Assembly: GCA_038252165.1 (NCBI GenBank)
Contig: JBBSAP010000001.1
Coordinates: 1,530-65,529 of the forward strand
Source of the DNA: Bacteroidales bacterium
GTDB lineage: Bacteria > Bacteroidota > Bacteroidia > Bacteroidales > VadinHA17
Direction: 5' to 3'
Length of the DNA: 64,000 nt
Translations under genes and position numbers: made by a program
Notes under the pieces: generated by a model
Seen by the model: the letters and a program-made list of their open reading frames with translations, nothing else
Database searches by the model: none
Told to the model about the DNA's origin: nothing
In this document: one piece after another, positions 34,130 to 44,069 of the stretch
How the letters are laid out: each line of letters opens with the position of its first letter
Numbering within the stretch: position 1 is the first letter of the stretch

Positions 34130-37100
34130 TTGGGATCAGGGATATCATATAATCATCTGCTGAAATTATCATATTTTGTACTATTCGCTTCTCTCTTTCT
34201 TATTTCTGCAGAAGTCAATAGTCAGGTCCCTGTGACGTCTGCAGCAACAGATACAATAAGAAAATCCCCTTTGAAACTTAACGATGTTTCAGGAAATCCG
34301 TGGGAGCCGGTCCGGAAGGCCCCATTGTACCTGAACAACCCTTCAAATATCACATCAACTGTTATCTACGTTCCCGAAAAGAATGAATATGTGATTTATC
34401 AGAAAGTCGGAGCTTTTGATTATCGCACTCCTGTACATATGTCACCCGAAGAATTTCGCAAATACCAGTTTAACAAAGAAATGCGTGATTACTGGCAATC
34501 AAGGGTCTCGGGGGAAGCAGGAGGTTTCAAATCGAACCTCATTCCCCAGATAGAGATCGGGGGTGCCACCTTTGATAAAGTATTCGGCAGCAATGTTATT
34601 AATATTGTACCTCAGGGATCGGCAGAACTGGTGTTTGGCATCAACATTTCACGCACTCAGAATCCGACCCTTTCGGAAAAGCTAAGGACAATCCCGACTT
34701 TCGACTTCAAGGAAAAGATCCAGATGAATGTTACAGGGACAATCGGTGATAAGATGCAGCTTGGAGTGAATTATAACACTGATGCCATGTTCGAGTTTGA
34801 GAACCGGACCAAGCTTCAGTACGCGGGGAAAGAAGACGAGATAATCAAGAAAGTAGAGGTTGGAGATGTCACTCTTCCTCTGCCGGGTACCCTGATCACC
34901 GGAAGCTACAGTCTTTTCGGGCTCAAAACAGAGATGCAGTTCGGGAAATTGAACCTTACTACTGTTCTGTCGCAGCAGAAAGGCGAAACTTCAACTATTG
35001 ATGTGAAAGGAGGAGCCCAGATAAGCGAATTTGAGGTCTATGCTGATGATTATGAGGCAAACCGCCATTTCTTTCTTTCACATCATTTCAGGGATATTTA
35101 CAACGATGCCCTGAAAAACCTTCCAGCCGTCAGCAGCGGACTGAATATCACTCGTATTGAGGTGTGGATAACAAATAAGACAAGCAGCTATAACGAGACA
35201 AGGAACATTGTTGCATTTGCCGATCTCGCTGAGAACAGCAGTCATATTTATAACAAGGTCCCTGCTTTCCAGGCATCACCGGGAGCAGTCAGATTCCCTG
35301 ACAATATGGCCAACCCTCTTTATCAACAACTGCTTTCCAATTATAACTCGATGAGGGATGTGGATCAGGTCACAACTGCCTTCAGTTCATTGTACCCGGC
35401 ATTCCAGATCGGACGCGATTTTGAGAAAATTGAAAATGCCCGGAAGCTCAATGACAGGGAATTCACTCTTAACAGCCTGCTGGGATATATTTCTCTTAAC
35501 ACCGCATTGAATAATGATGAGGTACTGGCTATCGCATATGAATATACTATGAACGGACAGGTTTACAAAGTTGGAGAATTCTCAACCGACGGTATATCAG
35601 CTCCACAGGCACTTATCCTTAAACTTATCAAAGGAACCACCCTGAGCCCCAGATACCCCACATGGAACCTGATGATGAAAAATATCTATTCACTGGGTTC
35701 AGGAAGACTTGAAAGCAATGATTTTCAGCTCAACATTCTCTATGAAGATGACAAAACCGGGAATTCAATAAATTACCTTCCCGAAGGAAAAATTGCAAAC
35801 AAGATACTCCTACAGGTTCTTGGACTTGATAATCTTAATTCGCAGCATGATCATGTCCCGGATGGCTATTTTGACTTTATTGACGGTATTACAATAAATG
35901 TAAGCAGGGGTAAAATAATATTTCCTGTAATTGAGCCTTTTGGAAGTTACCTGAGAAGCCAGATCGGGGACAATCTTATTGCAGAAAAATATGTCTTCCA
36001 GGAGCTTTATGATTCAACCCAGACTATTGCCAGACAGATGGCCGAGAGGAACAAGTTCAAAATGACAGGGCAATACACTTCGCAGTCAGGTTCCGAGATC
36101 AGGCTCAATGCAACAAATATCCCTGCCGGATCGATTATCGTTACAGCAGGAGGAGTGACTCTGAATGAAAACACCGATTACACGGTCGATTATAACATGG
36201 GAGTTGTAACTATAATTAACTCCGCCCTTATAGAATCACAGACACCCATTAAGGTATCACTTGAGAGCAACCAGTTTTTCGGATTTCAGACCAAGACACT
36301 CCTTGGCACCCATCTCGATTACAGGTTCTCCGATAATTTCAATATCGGAGGCACCCTTTTGCATCTGAATGAAAGACCATATACCCAGAAAGTTAATTTC
36401 GGAGAGGAACCAATATCAAATACTATCTGGGGACTAAATACTTCCTACAGGGGAGAATCTCAGCTTCTGACGAAGCTTATTGACAAGATCCCCCTTCTCG
36501 AAACCAAAACCCCCTCAAGCATCTCATTCAACGGGGAGTTTGCAGAGCTGATCCCGGGCCACTCACGCGCAATTTCAAATGCAGGCAATTCCTATATTGA
36601 CGATTTTGAATCGAGTGAAATCCCTCTTGATCTCAAATCGTTTAATGCCTGGTCAATATCAAGCATCCCGCAAGGCCAGGATCAGCTTTTTCCTGAAGCA
36701 TCATTGAATAACAGCCTGACGACAGGGACCAACAGAGCTAAAATAGCCTGGTATGTCATCGATCCCCTGTTTCTGAGAAACGGGTCTTCAACTCCCTCTC
36801 ATATTAAACAGGATCCTGCAACACAATCAAGTCACTTTGTCAGGGAGATCTATGAAAATGAGATCTTTCCGAACAGGGAAAGCACAAGCGGGATCCCGAC
36901 TACCATTTCAATACTTAACGTGGCTTACTATCCTGGTGAGAAAGGACCGTACAATTTCGACACCGATCCTAATTCATTCTCAAGGGGAATGAATTCTGGC
37001 GGGAAGCTTAATGATCCTCAATCGAGGTGGGGCGGAATAATGAGGGAGGTTCTTACGAGTGATTTTGAAACAGCCAATATTCAGTACATTGAATTCTGGC

Positions 37101-40100
37101 TGATGGACCCCTTTGTTGAAGATCCTACACATCAGGGAGGCGATCTGTACTTTAACCTGGGAAATATCTCGGAAGATATTTTAAAAGATTCACGTAAAAG
37201 CTTCGAAAACGGTCTTCCTGGTTCACCAATTCTTCAGAATATTGATACAACTGCATGGGGAAGAGTTCCTACTGTCCAGTCGGTTGTGCATGCATTCGAC
37301 AACAGCTCCGAATCAAGGATGTATCAGGATGTGGGACTTGATGGACTGAGAAACCAGGATGAGCAGTCATTTTTTATAAATTACCTTCAGAGAACACAGG
37401 CTATTGTATCTCCTGATGCGTATAGCGAAATACTCAAGGACCCTTCAAATGATGATTTTCACTATTTCAGGGGATCGGACTATGATTTTGACCAGCTGAG
37501 TATTCTTGACAGGTACAAAAGATATAACGGACAGGACGGTAACTCCCCGACCGCAGAAATGTCAACCGAATCGTACCCGACAACCGGCTCTACACTGCCC
37601 GACATGGAGGATATCAACCGCGACAACACCCTGAGCGAAACTGAAAGCTATTATCAGTACAAGATCAGCCTGAGACCTGAGAACATGAAGATCGGGTCGA
37701 ACTATATTGTTGATGAGATAGAGCCCACCGTCAAGCTGGCAGACAAGTCGGAATCGAAGGTTAAATGGTATCAGTTCAAGATACCGGTGACCGAATATCA
37801 ACGGGCAGTAGGGGTGATCAGCGATTTTAAGTCAATACGGTTCATGAGAATGTTCCTGAAGAATTTCAACCAGCCTGTCATCATGCGTTTTGCTGAGCTT
37901 AATCTTGTGAGGGCGGAATGGAGAAAATACAATATCACTTTCATGGAGGGAGGAGAGAGGATAACAATTCCCGAACCTGAAGATGGCACGTTTGAAATAA
38001 GCTCAGTAAGCATCGAAGACAATGCAGGCAAAAAGCCTGTTAATTATGTTCTGCCTCCGGGATTTGACAGGGTTGTTGATCCTCAGAATCCACAGCTGCG
38101 CCAGCTCGATGAGCAATCGATGGTCCTGAAAGTGCAGGATCTGGCTGATGGCGATGCCCGTGCGGCTTACAGGAATGTGAATCTTGATGTCCGGCAGTAC
38201 CGCCGGCTGAGGATGGAGGTTCACGCCGAGGCGCTGATAGGTCAGCCATTGTACAATAACGAACTCACGGCATTCATCAGAATAGGATCGGACTATAAAT
38301 CAAATTTCTATGAATATGAAGTTCCTCTGAAACTCACTCCTCCGAGCGATAAATATAGTAATGATTCGGATGAATACAGGGCAATCGTATGGCCTGCAGA
38401 TAACAAATTCAATATAGATCTGTCAGTGCTGCAGGAGGCTAAAAAGGAGCGGAACAGGCAATTACAGGCTAATGGCTCTTCACTGAGCATTTCTGATGTC
38501 TTTGCCTTCAAAGACGATTCAAACAGGGTGTATGTTTGCGGTAATCCCAATCTTAGCAATGTGAAGGTTATAATGATTGGTATCAGGAACCCTATAAAAA
38601 CAAGAAACCCTGATGCTGACAATGGTGAAAGCAGATCGGCGGAGGTATGGGTGAATGAGTTAAGACTCAGCGACTTCGTTGAGAATGGAGGCTGGGCTGC
38701 AAACAGCCACCTACAGGCTCGTCTGGCTGACCTGGGAACTATTGATGTTGTTGGCCAGGCCAGCACTCCGGGTTGGGGAAGCATTGATAAGAAAGTTAAC
38801 GGAAGAAGCAAAGAAGATATTCTGAAGTATGATGTTTCCGCAACAATGGAACTTGGAAAATTTTTCCCTGAGAAGGCAGGTGTCCGTCTTCCGGTATATG
38901 CAGGTTTTTCTGAGACGCGAATCAAACCTCAGTATAATCCCCTTGACCCCGACATCAAACTAAAGGATGCACTGAACGAAGCCAAAAGCAAGGAAGCCAG
39001 GGATTCGATAAGATCGATTTCAGAGGATTATTCAAGACGAAAAACAATATCAATTAACAATGCAGGCATCACGAAACGGGGTGAGAAGCCGCATGTATGG
39101 GATCTGGCCAACTTCAGTGTCAACTATACTTTTAACGAAAATTACAGAAGTAATACCAGGACTGAGATAGACCTTGAGAGGAATTACAGGGGAGGTATCA
39201 ATTATAATTACGATGCACAGCCTAAGAACATTACCCCTTTTAAGAATGTAAAATTTCTGAACTCACCCCTTTTCAGAATAATAAAGGACTTTAATTTCTA
39301 TCCTTTCCCGAAAAGCATATCGTTCAGGACAGATGTTTCAAGGTATTACAATGAGGTAAAAACAAGGAATATAAATAATCCTAATCTCCTGATATCGCCT
39401 ACTTTCAGGAAGGACTTTGAATGGACAAGGATCTTTGATGTAAAATATGACCTTACACGCCAGCTGAAAATCGATTTTACATCGACCAACATAGCAAGGA
39501 TCGATGAACCCGAAGGAGCGGCCGACCGCAAAAGATACCGGAGTGATTATGAAAACTGGCGCGATTCAGTGATGACTAATCTTAAGCAGCTTGGGAGGAC
39601 CACTTCCTACAATCATTTTTTCAATGTCACTTACAATATTCCAATAAACAAGCTTCCGTTGCTTTCGTGGGTCACTGCCAATGCCAGGCTCGGATCGGAT
39701 TATTCATGGATGGCCGGCGCACTGTATCCTGATTCCATGAACATTAATCTGGGGAATTCGATAAAGAATCATAGTGAGCTCACATTTTCAGGAACAGCCA
39801 ACCTGTCATCCCTTTACAGCAAGTCGAAATTTCTGAAGAACATTGAAAACAACGCAAGACCAGATGCTGTTCAGAGGATGAAGATCGAATACAAGACTGA
39901 AACATTCACAAGAAACAATGTCAATTTCAGGACGGATGTTATGAGGCCGCTTGTCCATAACCTGAGAACAAAGGATGTAAAGGTAAAGATCATCAAAAAG
40001 GATGGATCGGAGCTTAAGGGGAAACTGGAAATAATCAGCGAGAACAGGGTAAATTTCACATCGGCAGAAGCTGCTGACGGGACCCAGGTAACAATCGAAG

Positions 40101-41563
40101 GCAGGATCCCCAAAAAGCGTAATCCGCTTACTGTCACCGGCGAATATATGCTGCGTGCATTAATGGGAGTCAGGTCGGTGAGCCTTACTTATACATCGGC
40201 ACAGGGACAGTACCTGCCCGGATTCACCCCTGAAGCAAAATTTTTGGGAATGTCAAGGACTAATAATGTCATGGCCCCCGGACTGCCATTTATCCTTGGT
40301 TACAGCAACAGGAACTTCTTTGAAAAAGCTGCTGCCAATGGATGGCTGACTACCGACACTCTCCTAAACACCCCTGCCATTTACAACAATAAGATTGACC
40401 TTTCCCTGAGAAGTGTGGTGGAACCTTTCCCGGGCTTAAAAATTGACATAAATGCCGACAGAAGATTCCTGGAAAATGAAAGCTCATATTACACAGCAGA
40501 TTACAACGGGAATTTTCCTGATAGCACCCGGAACAGGGTTATTACGGGAAACTTCTCAATATCAATAATCTCATGGGGAACAGCATTTGAAAAAGTCTCA
40601 AAAAAGAACAATTATATCTCAACCACATTTGAAGAGTTCAAGAAAAATGCGGTGATAATATCCGGCAGACGAGCCGAGGCACGCAGGCAACTGGACCCGG
40701 GATATGATCCTGATCTTGATCCTGACACCGGTCTGCCTCTCAAAGGTGATTATAAGAACGGATATGGCAGATCCTCGCGCGAGGTTCTTATTCCGGCCTT
40801 TTATGCAGCATACACCAAAACGGACCCGCACAAGGTTGATCTGGCCACTTTCCCGTCAGCCTTCAAGATGATGCCAAACTGGAGAATAAGCTTTGACGGA
40901 TTTTCGAAATTTGAATTTGTGAAGAGAGTATTCCGGTCGGTGAATATCACGCACCAGTACCGAAGCGTCTATCAGATCGGCTCATATACAACAAATCTCA
41001 ATTATTTTGTCGACGGCAACGGGGTGAACAATATAAGGGATCTCCAGAATAACTACATCCAGAAGTATGAAATAAATACTATAACTGTCAGTGAGCAGTT
41101 CAGTCCTTTGATCAATATTGACATGAACTGGAAAAGCAATCTGACATCCCGGTTTGAATGGCGGAAATCACGAACAATCTCCCTTAACCTGACAGGTAAC
41201 CAGATAACTGATTACCGCATCAACGAACTGGTTCTGGGAGCAGGTTACAGGTTTGATGATGTAAAAATAACAATTAAGACCGGCGGTGCGCAGAAATCGC
41301 TTAACAGCGACCTGAACCTCAGGCTCGATTTTTCACTCAGGGATGATAAAACTGTTATCAGGAAGCTGATTGAGGATGTAAACCAGCCTGTTGCAGGGAT
41401 AAAAAGACTTACAATCGGTGCCACGGCGGATTATGTTCTTAGCGATAGGTTTAACCTTCAGATATTTGCTGATCATACAATGAATAACCCTTTTGTTGCC
41501 AATACTTTTCCCACATCCAACACTAATTTTGGATTCAGCCTTAAATTTACTCTTGCCCAGTAG
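34130..41563 (+). CDS. sprA: T9SS translocon / gliding motility protein SprA
   Basis: 2477-aa ORF with a signal-like N-terminus, beta-rich composition and the conserved ruvA-sprA synteny of Bacteroidota. The start is a TTG and is uncertain. Confidence 0.85.
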   Translation: MGSGISYNHLLKLSYFVLFASLFLISAEVNSQVPVTSAATDTIRKSPLKLNDVSGNPWEPVRKAPLYLNNPSNITSTVIYVPEKNEYVIYQKVGAFDYRTPVHMSPEEFRKYQFNKEMRDYWQSRVSGEAGGFKSNLIPQIEIGGATFDKVFGSNVINIVPQGSAELVFGINISRTQNPTLSEKLRTIPTFDFKEKIQMNVTGTIGDKMQLGVNYNTDAMFEFENRTKLQYAGKEDEIIKKVEVGDVTLPLPGTLITGSYSLFGLKTEMQFGKLNLTTVLSQQKGETSTIDVKGGAQISEFEVYADDYEANRHFFLSHHFRDIYNDALKNLPAVSSGLNITRIEVWITNKTSSYNETRNIVAFADLAENSSHIYNKVPAFQASPGAVRFPDNMANPLYQQLLSNYNSMRDVDQVTTAFSSLYPAFQIGRDFEKIENARKLNDREFTLNSLLGYISLNTALNNDEVLAIAYEYTMNGQVYKVGEFSTDGISAPQALILKLIKGTTLSPRYPTWNLMMKNIYSLGSGRLESNDFQLNILYEDDKTGNSINYLPEGKIANKILLQVLGLDNLNSQHDHVPDGYFDFIDGITINVSRGKIIFPVIEPFGSYLRSQIGDNLIAEKYVFQELYDSTQTIARQMAERNKFKMTGQYTSQSGSEIRLNATNIPAGSIIVTAGGVTLNENTDYTVDYNMGVVTIINSALIESQTPIKVSLESNQFFGFQTKTLLGTHLDYRFSDNFNIGGTLLHLNERPYTQKVNFGEEPISNTIWGLNTSYRGESQLLTKLIDKIPLLETKTPSSISFNGEFAELIPGHSRAISNAGNSYIDDFESSEIPLDLKSFNAWSISSIPQGQDQLFPEASLNNSLTTGTNRAKIAWYVIDPLFLRNGSSTPSHIKQDPATQSSHFVREIYENEIFPNRESTSGIPTTISILNVAYYPGEKGPYNFDTDPNSFSRGMNSGGKLNDPQSRWGGIMREVLTSDFETANIQYIEFWLMDPFVEDPTHQGGDLYFNLGNISEDILKDSRKSFENGLPGSPILQNIDTTAWGRVPTVQSVVHAFDNSSESRMYQDVGLDGLRNQDEQSFFINYLQRTQAIVSPDAYSEILKDPSNDDFHYFRGSDYDFDQLSILDRYKRYNGQDGNSPTAEMSTESYPTTGSTLPDMEDINRDNTLSETESYYQYKISLRPENMKIGSNYIVDEIEPTVKLADKSESKVKWYQFKIPVTEYQRAVGVISDFKSIRFMRMFLKNFNQPVIMRFAELNLVRAEWRKYNITFMEGGERITIPEPEDGTFEISSVSIEDNAGKKPVNYVLPPGFDRVVDPQNPQLRQLDEQSMVLKVQDLADGDARAAYRNVNLDVRQYRRLRMEVHAEALIGQPLYNNELTAFIRIGSDYKSNFYEYEVPLKLTPPSDKYSNDSDEYRAIVWPADNKFNIDLSVLQEAKKERNRQLQANGSSLSISDVFAFKDDSNRVYVCGNPNLSNVKVIMIGIRNPIKTRNPDADNGESRSAEVWVNELRLSDFVENGGWAANSHLQARLADLGTIDVVGQASTPGWGSIDKKVNGRSKEDILKYDVSATMELGKFFPEKAGVRLPVYAGFSETRIKPQYNPLDPDIKLKDALNEAKSKEARDSIRSISEDYSRRKTISINNAGITKRGEKPHVWDLANFSVNYTFNENYRSNTRTEIDLERNYRGGINYNYDAQPKNITPFKNVKFLNSPLFRIIKDFNFYPFPKSISFRTDVSRYYNEVKTRNINNPNLLISPTFRKDFEWTRIFDVKYDLTRQLKIDFTSTNIARIDEPEGAADRKRYRSDYENWRDSVMTNLKQLGRTTSYNHFFNVTYNIPINKLPLLSWVTANARLGSDYSWMAGALYPDSMNINLGNSIKNHSELTFSGTANLSSLYSKSKFLKNIENNARPDAVQRMKIEYKTETFTRNNVNFRTDVMRPLVHNLRTKDVKVKIIKKDGSELKGKLEIISENRVNFTSAEAADGTQVTIEGRIPKKRNPLTVTGEYMLRALMGVRSVSLTYTSAQGQYLPGFTPEAKFLGMSRTNNVMAPGLPFILGYSNRNFFEKAAANGWLTTDTLLNTPAIYNNKIDLSLRSVVEPFPGLKIDINADRRFLENESSYYTADYNGNFPDSTRNRVITGNFSISIISWGTAFEKVSKKNNYISTTFEEFKKNAVIISGRRAEARRQLDPGYDPDLDPDTGLPLKGDYKNGYGRSSREVLIPAFYAAYTKTDPHKVDLATFPSAFKMMPNWRISFDGFSKFEFVKRVFRSVNITHQYRSVYQIGSYTTNLNYFVDGNGVNNIRDLQNNYIQKYEINTITVSEQFSPLINIDMNWKSNLTSRFEWRKSRTISLNLTGNQITDYRINELVLGAGYRFDDVKITIKTGGAQKSLNSDLNLRLDFSLRDDKTVIRKLIEDVNQPVAGIKRLTIGATADYVLSDRFNLQIFADHTMNNPFVANTFPTSNTNFGFSLKFTLAQ

Positions 41564-41574
41564 CCTTTGGATCT

Positions 41575-41621
41575 GCCCCCGGGTGACACCGGGGCTATTG
41601 GAAGTCAATGCCGCTGGCATT
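41575..41621 (+). terminator. Two GC-rich hairpins after sprA (possible terminator)
   Basis: GCCCC(c)GG..CCGGGGC and AATGCC-gct-GGCATT. There is no adjacent T-run. Confidence 0.3.
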
Positions 41622-41823
41622 GTGATGCAGTAATTTTTTAACGAATTTTTATAAAAGTTTGTCAGCATGCAATGAAATGTTGATAATGGATACCATTTAG
41701 GGGAAGGAGCAAATACATTTCAGAAAACGTTTGAAACATAGTCCTAATTATTTTTAACCTGAAAATCAATGAATCTCTGTGAAAATAAATGAAATACGGA
41801 GATTGAAATACCAATGCTTTTTT

Positions 41824-41831
41824 TATTTTTG
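41824..41831 (+). promoter_or_regulatory. Bacteroidota -7 box candidate (TATTTTTG) upstream of maltose cluster
   Basis: Exact TAnnTTTG 52 nt upstream of the ATG at 41883. Confidence 0.3.
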
Positions 41832-41882
41832 ATAGATTTACCTATACTTCTGACCTATTCTCTTCGAACTAAATCAGTCAAT

Positions 41883-43412
41883 ATGAAAAAAACAAAACCG
41901 CGATTGTCCTTCTGGCAAATATGGAACATGAGCTTTGGATTTTTAGGGATCCAGATCGGATTTGCCCTTCAGAATGCAAATGTCAGCCGGATCTTCGAAA
42001 CCCTGGGTGCAAAGGTTGATGATATTCCAATACTCTGGATCGCAGCCCCGGTCACCGGTCTGATAATTCAGCCAATCATTGGCCACATGAGTGACAGGAC
42101 CTGGACCCGTCTGGGAAGGCGGCGTCCTTATTTCCTTATCGGAGCTCTCCTGGCTTCAATTGCTTTATGTGTCATTACAAATTCTCCGACATGGCTCTTT
42201 GCAGCAGGGATACTATGGATAATGGATGCTTCAATAAATGTATCAATGGAACCTTTCAGAGCTTTTGTGGGCGACATGCTTGTATCAGAACAGCGCACTA
42301 CAGGGTTTGCCATGCAAAGCTTTTTTATCGGCATTGGGGCAGTAATAGGATCATTTCTTCCATGGGTCCTTGTCAACTGGTTTAATGTTCCGGAGCTTCC
42401 TGCACCCGGTAAGCTGATTCCCCTTAATCTGAAACTTTCATTCTATCTGGGAGCTGGCATTTTCTTCCTGGCAGTTTTATGGACTGTTTTGCGAACCAGG
42501 GAGTACTCACCGGAAGAGCTGAAGGAGTTTGCAGAATCAGAATCTCCGGAGGACAAAAGGCAGAATGCAGTAAGTGAAGTGCAGGGATCTGAAAGAATAC
42601 TGAATTTTTATATGCCCGGATTGATTTGGCTTGGAATAGGATTGATATTAACCTTCATATTGTCAGTGGTTAATCTTGAAAAAGAGCTCTATGTTATTAC
42701 CGGGGGTGTTTCGCTTTTCGGTATTCTTCAGATAATTGCAGGCGCTTTGCAATCTTCGGGCAGGGGTCAGAATGGTCTTAATTCAATTCTCACCGACCTG
42801 CGGCATATGCCCGCAACAATGGGGCAGCTTGCAGTAGTACAGTTTTTTACATGGTTTGCCCTCTTTTCAATGTGGATATATACTACATCAGCAGTCACTT
42901 CACGCCTGTATGGTACAACCGATACTACATCCCTGGCATATAACGAGGGTGCCAACTGGGTAGGTGTCCTTTTTGGAATATATAACGGGTGTGCTGCTCT
43001 GATAGCCTTCCTGCTGCCTGTAATGGCAAAAGCAACAAGCAGGAAAATAACACATTCTGTCTGTCTTGTCATCGGGGGCATCAGTCTGATTTCGATTAAC
43101 CTGGTAAGTGTTCCCTGGCAGCTTGTATTTCCGATGGCCGGTATAGGTATTGCATGGGCCAGCATACTTTCAATGCCTTATGCTATACTCACGGGTGCCC
43201 TGCCTCAGAACAAGATGGGCATATACATGGGCATCTTCAACTTCTTCATCGTCATTCCCCAGATACTTGCTGCAAGCATTCTTGGAAGCATGGTGAAACA
43301 CATGTTCAATGGAAATACAATGAATGCCCTCATAGCAGGAGGTGTTTCAATGATGATTGCCTCCCTGATGGTCAGATTTGTCAAAGATGTCGATGACAGG
43401 AGGCTCAGATGA
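41883..43412 (+). CDS. MFS/GPH-type disaccharide (maltose-like) transporter
   Basis: 12-TM protein with the motif GHMSDRTWTRLGRRRPY. Sits in an operon with pgmB and GH65. Start moved to MKKTKPRLSFW (ATG 41883) from the tracked 41814. Confidence 0.8.
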   Translation: MKKTKPRLSFWQIWNMSFGFLGIQIGFALQNANVSRIFETLGAKVDDIPILWIAAPVTGLIIQPIIGHMSDRTWTRLGRRRPYFLIGALLASIALCVITNSPTWLFAAGILWIMDASINVSMEPFRAFVGDMLVSEQRTTGFAMQSFFIGIGAVIGSFLPWVLVNWFNVPELPAPGKLIPLNLKLSFYLGAGIFFLAVLWTVLRTREYSPEELKEFAESESPEDKRQNAVSEVQGSERILNFYMPGLIWLGIGLILTFILSVVNLEKELYVITGGVSLFGILQIIAGALQSSGRGQNGLNSILTDLRHMPATMGQLAVVQFFTWFALFSMWIYTTSAVTSRLYGTTDTTSLAYNEGANWVGVLFGIYNGCAALIAFLLPVMAKATSRKITHSVCLVIGGISLISINLVSVPWQLVFPMAGIGIAWASILSMPYAILTGALPQNKMGIYMGIFNFFIVIPQILAASILGSMVKHMFNGNTMNALIAGGVSMMIASLMVRFVKDVDDRRLR

Positions 43413-44068
43413 GATTAAAAGGATGCATTTTTGATCTTGACGGCGTAATTGTCGATACCGCCAAATACCATTATCTGGCCTGGAAAAAACTTGCCACGAT
43501 GCTGAACATCGATTTTACAGAAGAAGATAATGAGCGGCTTAAGGGCGTCAGCAGAATGGCATCGCTTGATATTATCCTTGAGATCGGGAACAGGATTCCC
43601 GATGACAAAACAAAAGAAGAATATGCCTCTCTCAAGAATAAATGGTATCTCGATTACATAAACCGGATGATGCCGGATGAGATATTGCCCGGAAGTCTTG
43701 AATTCATTTCTGAACTTAAAAATTCCGGGATAAAAGTTGCCCTGGGATCAGCAAGCAGGAACACACCCCTGATCCTTGAACGGCTGGGTATAGGAATACT
43801 GTTTGACGGAGTTGCCGATGGTAATATTGTCAGCAAAGCAAAACCTGATCCGGAAGTGTTTATTATTGCGGCAAAGATGCTTGGCGTGCCACCTGAAGAG
43901 TGCATTGTATTCGAAGATGCGGTGGCGGGAGTGGAGGCTGCACTTAACGCAGGGATGCATTGTGTCGGAATAGGTTCGGAAAAAACGCTGAAAGATGCTC
44001 ATTTTGTTGTTTCCGGGTTGGATAAGATGAACCTTAGAAAAATAAAAGTATTAGCAAAACAATTTTAA
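43409..44068 (+). CDS. pgmB: Beta-phosphoglucomutase
   Basis: HAD motifs FDLDGVIVDT, GSASRN, FEDAVAGVEAA. Confidence 0.9.
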   Translation: MRLKGCIFDLDGVIVDTAKYHYLAWKKLATMLNIDFTEEDNERLKGVSRMASLDIILEIGNRIPDDKTKEEYASLKNKWYLDYINRMMPDEILPGSLEFISELKNSGIKVALGSASRNTPLILERLGIGILFDGVADGNIVSKAKPDPEVFIIAAKMLGVPPEECIVFEDAVAGVEAALNAGMHCVGIGSEKTLKDAHFVVSGLDKMNLRKIKVLAKQF

Positions 44069-44069
44069 T

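Noticed and set aside
33702-34172. Long antisense ORFs inside ruvA (33702-34172), sprA (38308-38925), pepA (31387-31839), pdxA (32815-33207), the GH65 gene (44612-45055), the MFS gene (42767-43165) and the propeller-3 gene (16497-16967)
   Set aside because: Each lies opposite a strongly supported gene and shows no recognisable motifs. These are typical shadow ORFs.
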